From positions 1,020-65,019 of the forward strand of contig DATBRC010000065.1 in the NCBI GenBank assembly GCA_036560485.1: a stretch of DNA of 64,000 bases, given 5' to 3'. A model generated the notes under the pieces. That model searched no databases. It was not told the DNA's origin and worked only from the letters and a program-made list of their open reading frames with translations. Shown here piece after piece: positions 62,328 through 64,000 of this stretch. Positions within the stretch are counted from its first letter, which is position 1. Every line of letters begins with the position of its first letter. The stretch comes from Burkholderiaceae bacterium. Lineage in GTDB: Bacteria; Pseudomonadota; Gammaproteobacteria; Burkholderiales; Burkholderiaceae_D. The position numbers and the translations under genes are program-made.

Positions 62328-62609
62328 AAGAACCTCTCTAAAAAACATTTTAATAAAACACATTCAAGTTACGACATTAAAAAGCTGAATTTGACTTGAC
62401 ATTCATATGCATCATGACCTTGCCACTGTTTTCCGTATCCCATAACCAAAACATGAGGTCATCCGTTAGCACGTAGATACTGTTATTCAAATCCAGTCCC
62501 GCACAGCCTTCAAGCACCACCATTTCTTGCAGATCAGCCTAATCAACAACTAAAGGCGTCAACATCGCCTTGTTTTTCATCACATCGCCATTTTTCATTT
62601 CATCTTCCA

Positions 62610-63338
62610 TCAAAATCCAAAATCCGTTTGGTTGACTACCGTAGTTGTGTCGGGCAGTCTTGCCGGCCTGCCACCCCGTACCTGTGTTCGTCGCACTCCG
62701 GTCGCTGCGCTCATTTCTTTTTTGAACCGTTCATTTCCCATCGGCTGCCCTTGCATCAATGCGGCACGCAAATCCGTTATTACCGCCTCGTCCAATTCGT
62801 ATCGAAACAAATCGCGGTACGCCGATTTTCTTGAATCCTCTTCTTGTCCCAACGCCAGGTACAGTGGATTAGGATGCAACCGCTCATCCGTTTGTCCCAA
62901 TGCGTAATGCCGATAGCTCGACCAGCGGTACAGCGCCGGATCATTCACCATACCTGCCCGTACCGGATTGAGCTCGATATAACGCTGGCATAGCAACAAA
63001 TACCCTTCCGCCTGCACCAGGCTTGACTTGAAGCGCCCTTCCCACAAGGTGCCACTGCGCTTGTAAAACCGGTTCACATACTGCACATAGCGCCGTCCAA
63101 CCGACTGCATCAACTTGGCCAGTCCGCCCGGCGTCTCCGGCGTGACCAACAAATGCACATGGTTGGTCATCAGCACATACGCATGAACGTGACACCGCCA
63201 ATCGGCAGCCGCTTCAAAGAGCCAGTGGAGGTAGCAGTAATAATCCTCTTCACTAAAAAAACATGGTTCTCGATTGACACCCCGTTGCACAAGATGCTGC
63301 GGTACACCAGCTAATTTAATACGTGGCCGACGCGGCAT
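62610..63338 (-). CDS. REP-associated tyrosine transposase (IS200/IS605 Y1 family, RAYT-like)
   Basis: 242 aa starting MPRRPRI...; HUH motif in LMTNHVHLLV; Tyr region YRWSSYRHY. Confidence 0.8.
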   Translation of the reverse strand: MPRRPRIKLAGVPQHLVQRGVNREPCFFSEEDYYCYLHWLFEAAADWRCHVHAYVLMTNHVHLLVTPETPGGLAKLMQSVGRRYVQYVNRFYKRSGTLWEGRFKSSLVQAEGYLLLCQRYIELNPVRAGMVNDPALYRWSSYRHYALGQTDERLHPNPLYLALGQEEDSRKSAYRDLFRYELDEAVITDLRAALMQGQPMGNERFKKEMSAATGVRRTQVRGGRPARLPDTTTVVNQTDFGF

Positions 63339-63365
63339 GAGTTATCTTTGAAAACATTGCGATGC

Positions 63366-63395
63366 TGACCCCTTTAATTCTGACCCCTTTAATTC
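63366..63395. repeat. Perfect 15-nt tandem direct repeat (tgacccctttaattc x2) upstream of the RAYT gene
   Basis: 63366-63380 and 63381-63395 are identical, 28 nt upstream of the transposase ATG. Confidence 0.8.
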
Positions 63396-63483
63396 TCGCG
63401 AGGTTGACCGTGAAAAAATAAGTAGCTCCTGGCAGGTTCGCTCTGCAGTATTTCATCGGGTATTCCAGTTCATCTCCATTAAT

Positions 63484-63510
63484 GTTGGGCTGATGAAGCG
63501 TTAGCCCAAC
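63484..63510. repeat. REP-type hairpin next to the RAYT gene
   Basis: gttgggct(63484-63491)/agcccaac(63503-63510), 8-bp stem, followed by ctac. Resembles the GTTGGG...CCCAAC REP stems found with this transposase family. Confidence 0.55.
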
Positions 63511-63561
63511 CTACCTTGCTGACCCTTGGGAATTTCCATGGATTTATCGATTACGAAACAA

Positions 63562-64000
63562 CTATTTAACTTGGTATGATTGCACCGGCCCTTGGGATAT
63601 GACGTGAGACCCAGCGCCATCGATATATTTCGCGTAAGGTGTATAACAAAATCCTGGTGTACCAAGCTCTGTATTAATAAATGTCGCTCCAAACTTATGA
63701 GCACCTGCAGATAAACCTATGGTTGCGTTGTAACTATGATTTGTTCCATCAACGTTAAATATCATATATCCAGAACATGTTAGTCCTACAGAAAGCGGCA
63801 CTTGATCTAAATAAAAATACACGCTAACCAATGTAGGTGGAGTTGGCGGAACGACGGGTACACAGCCTCGGCCAAAATCAAAGCCCTGTATTCCCTCGCC
63901 GATCATTGTATTGACGACGCGTATTTGGGTTGAACCTAGAGCAGCTGGATCAAAGTAAAACGACCAGCTTATAGGACCTACGTATGAGCCAGTAGTCGAA
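63562..64000 (-). CDS. Hypothetical protein (partial; N-terminus beyond the right edge)
   Basis: The frame of the 63562..63906 ORF stays open upstream to position 64000 by my translation (...STTGSYVGPISWSFYFDPAALGSTQIRVVNTMIGEG...). Contains a PPTPPT linker. I recognise no family. Confidence 0.45.
   Translation of the reverse strand, partial: STTGSYVGPISWSFYFDPAALGSTQIRVVNTMIGEGIQGFDFGRGCVPVVPPTPPTLVSVYFYLDQVPLSVGLTCSGYMIFNVDGTNHSYNATIGLSAGAHKFGATFINTELGTPGFCYTPYAKYIDGAGSHVISQGPVQSYQVK

Overview
This window looks like betaproteobacterial (Burkholderiales/Oxalobacteraceae-like) chromosome; that placement rests only on gene order and protein similarity as I read them. It has four blocks.

1. 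1-23.4 kb, almost entirely minus strand, is a flagellar/chemotaxis supercluster. In transcription order: flhDC, a membrane methyltransferase, motAB, a small CheZ-like ORF, a cheY-like regulator, cheA-W-R-D-B, cheY-cheZ, an EAL-like/HDOD gene, flhB-A-F, a flhG-like gene, fliA and a second MotC/MotD-type stator pair. Three housekeeping-type genes follow at the left edge.
2. 24.2-29.2 kb, plus strand, is a five-gene Liv-type (branched-chain amino acid family) ABC importer. An alpha/beta hydrolase gene follows it.
3. 30.3-61.8 kb is a ~31.5 kb NRPS-PKS biosynthetic cluster, and it is the most interesting system here. It encodes a 6840-aa NRPS and a 2437-aa PKS/NRPS hybrid plus a crotonyl-CoA carboxylase/reductase (CCR) homologue. 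These are divergently paired with MbtH-like, type II thioesterase and Sfp-type PPTase genes.
   - My motif-level reading of the assembly line is FAAL-ACP / (C-A-T)x4 / C-[A-domain remnant]-AL-KR-T / KS-AT-KR-PCP-E*-C.
   - There is no TE or R release domain.
   - Two duplicated modules have A domains that lack the conserved Asp235.
   - The AT carries a TAGH motif and sits next to the CCR.
   - The E-like domain has lost both EGHGRE glutamates.
   - I cannot assign the cluster to any characterised product.
4. 61.8-64 kb is an AT-rich segment. It holds a small secreted protein gene, a REP-associated (IS200/Y1-type) transposase with its hairpin, and a partial unknown ORF.

I found no rRNA, tRNA or CRISPR. 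All domain boundaries are approximate. Motif coordinates were derived by hand translation of the reverse strand.
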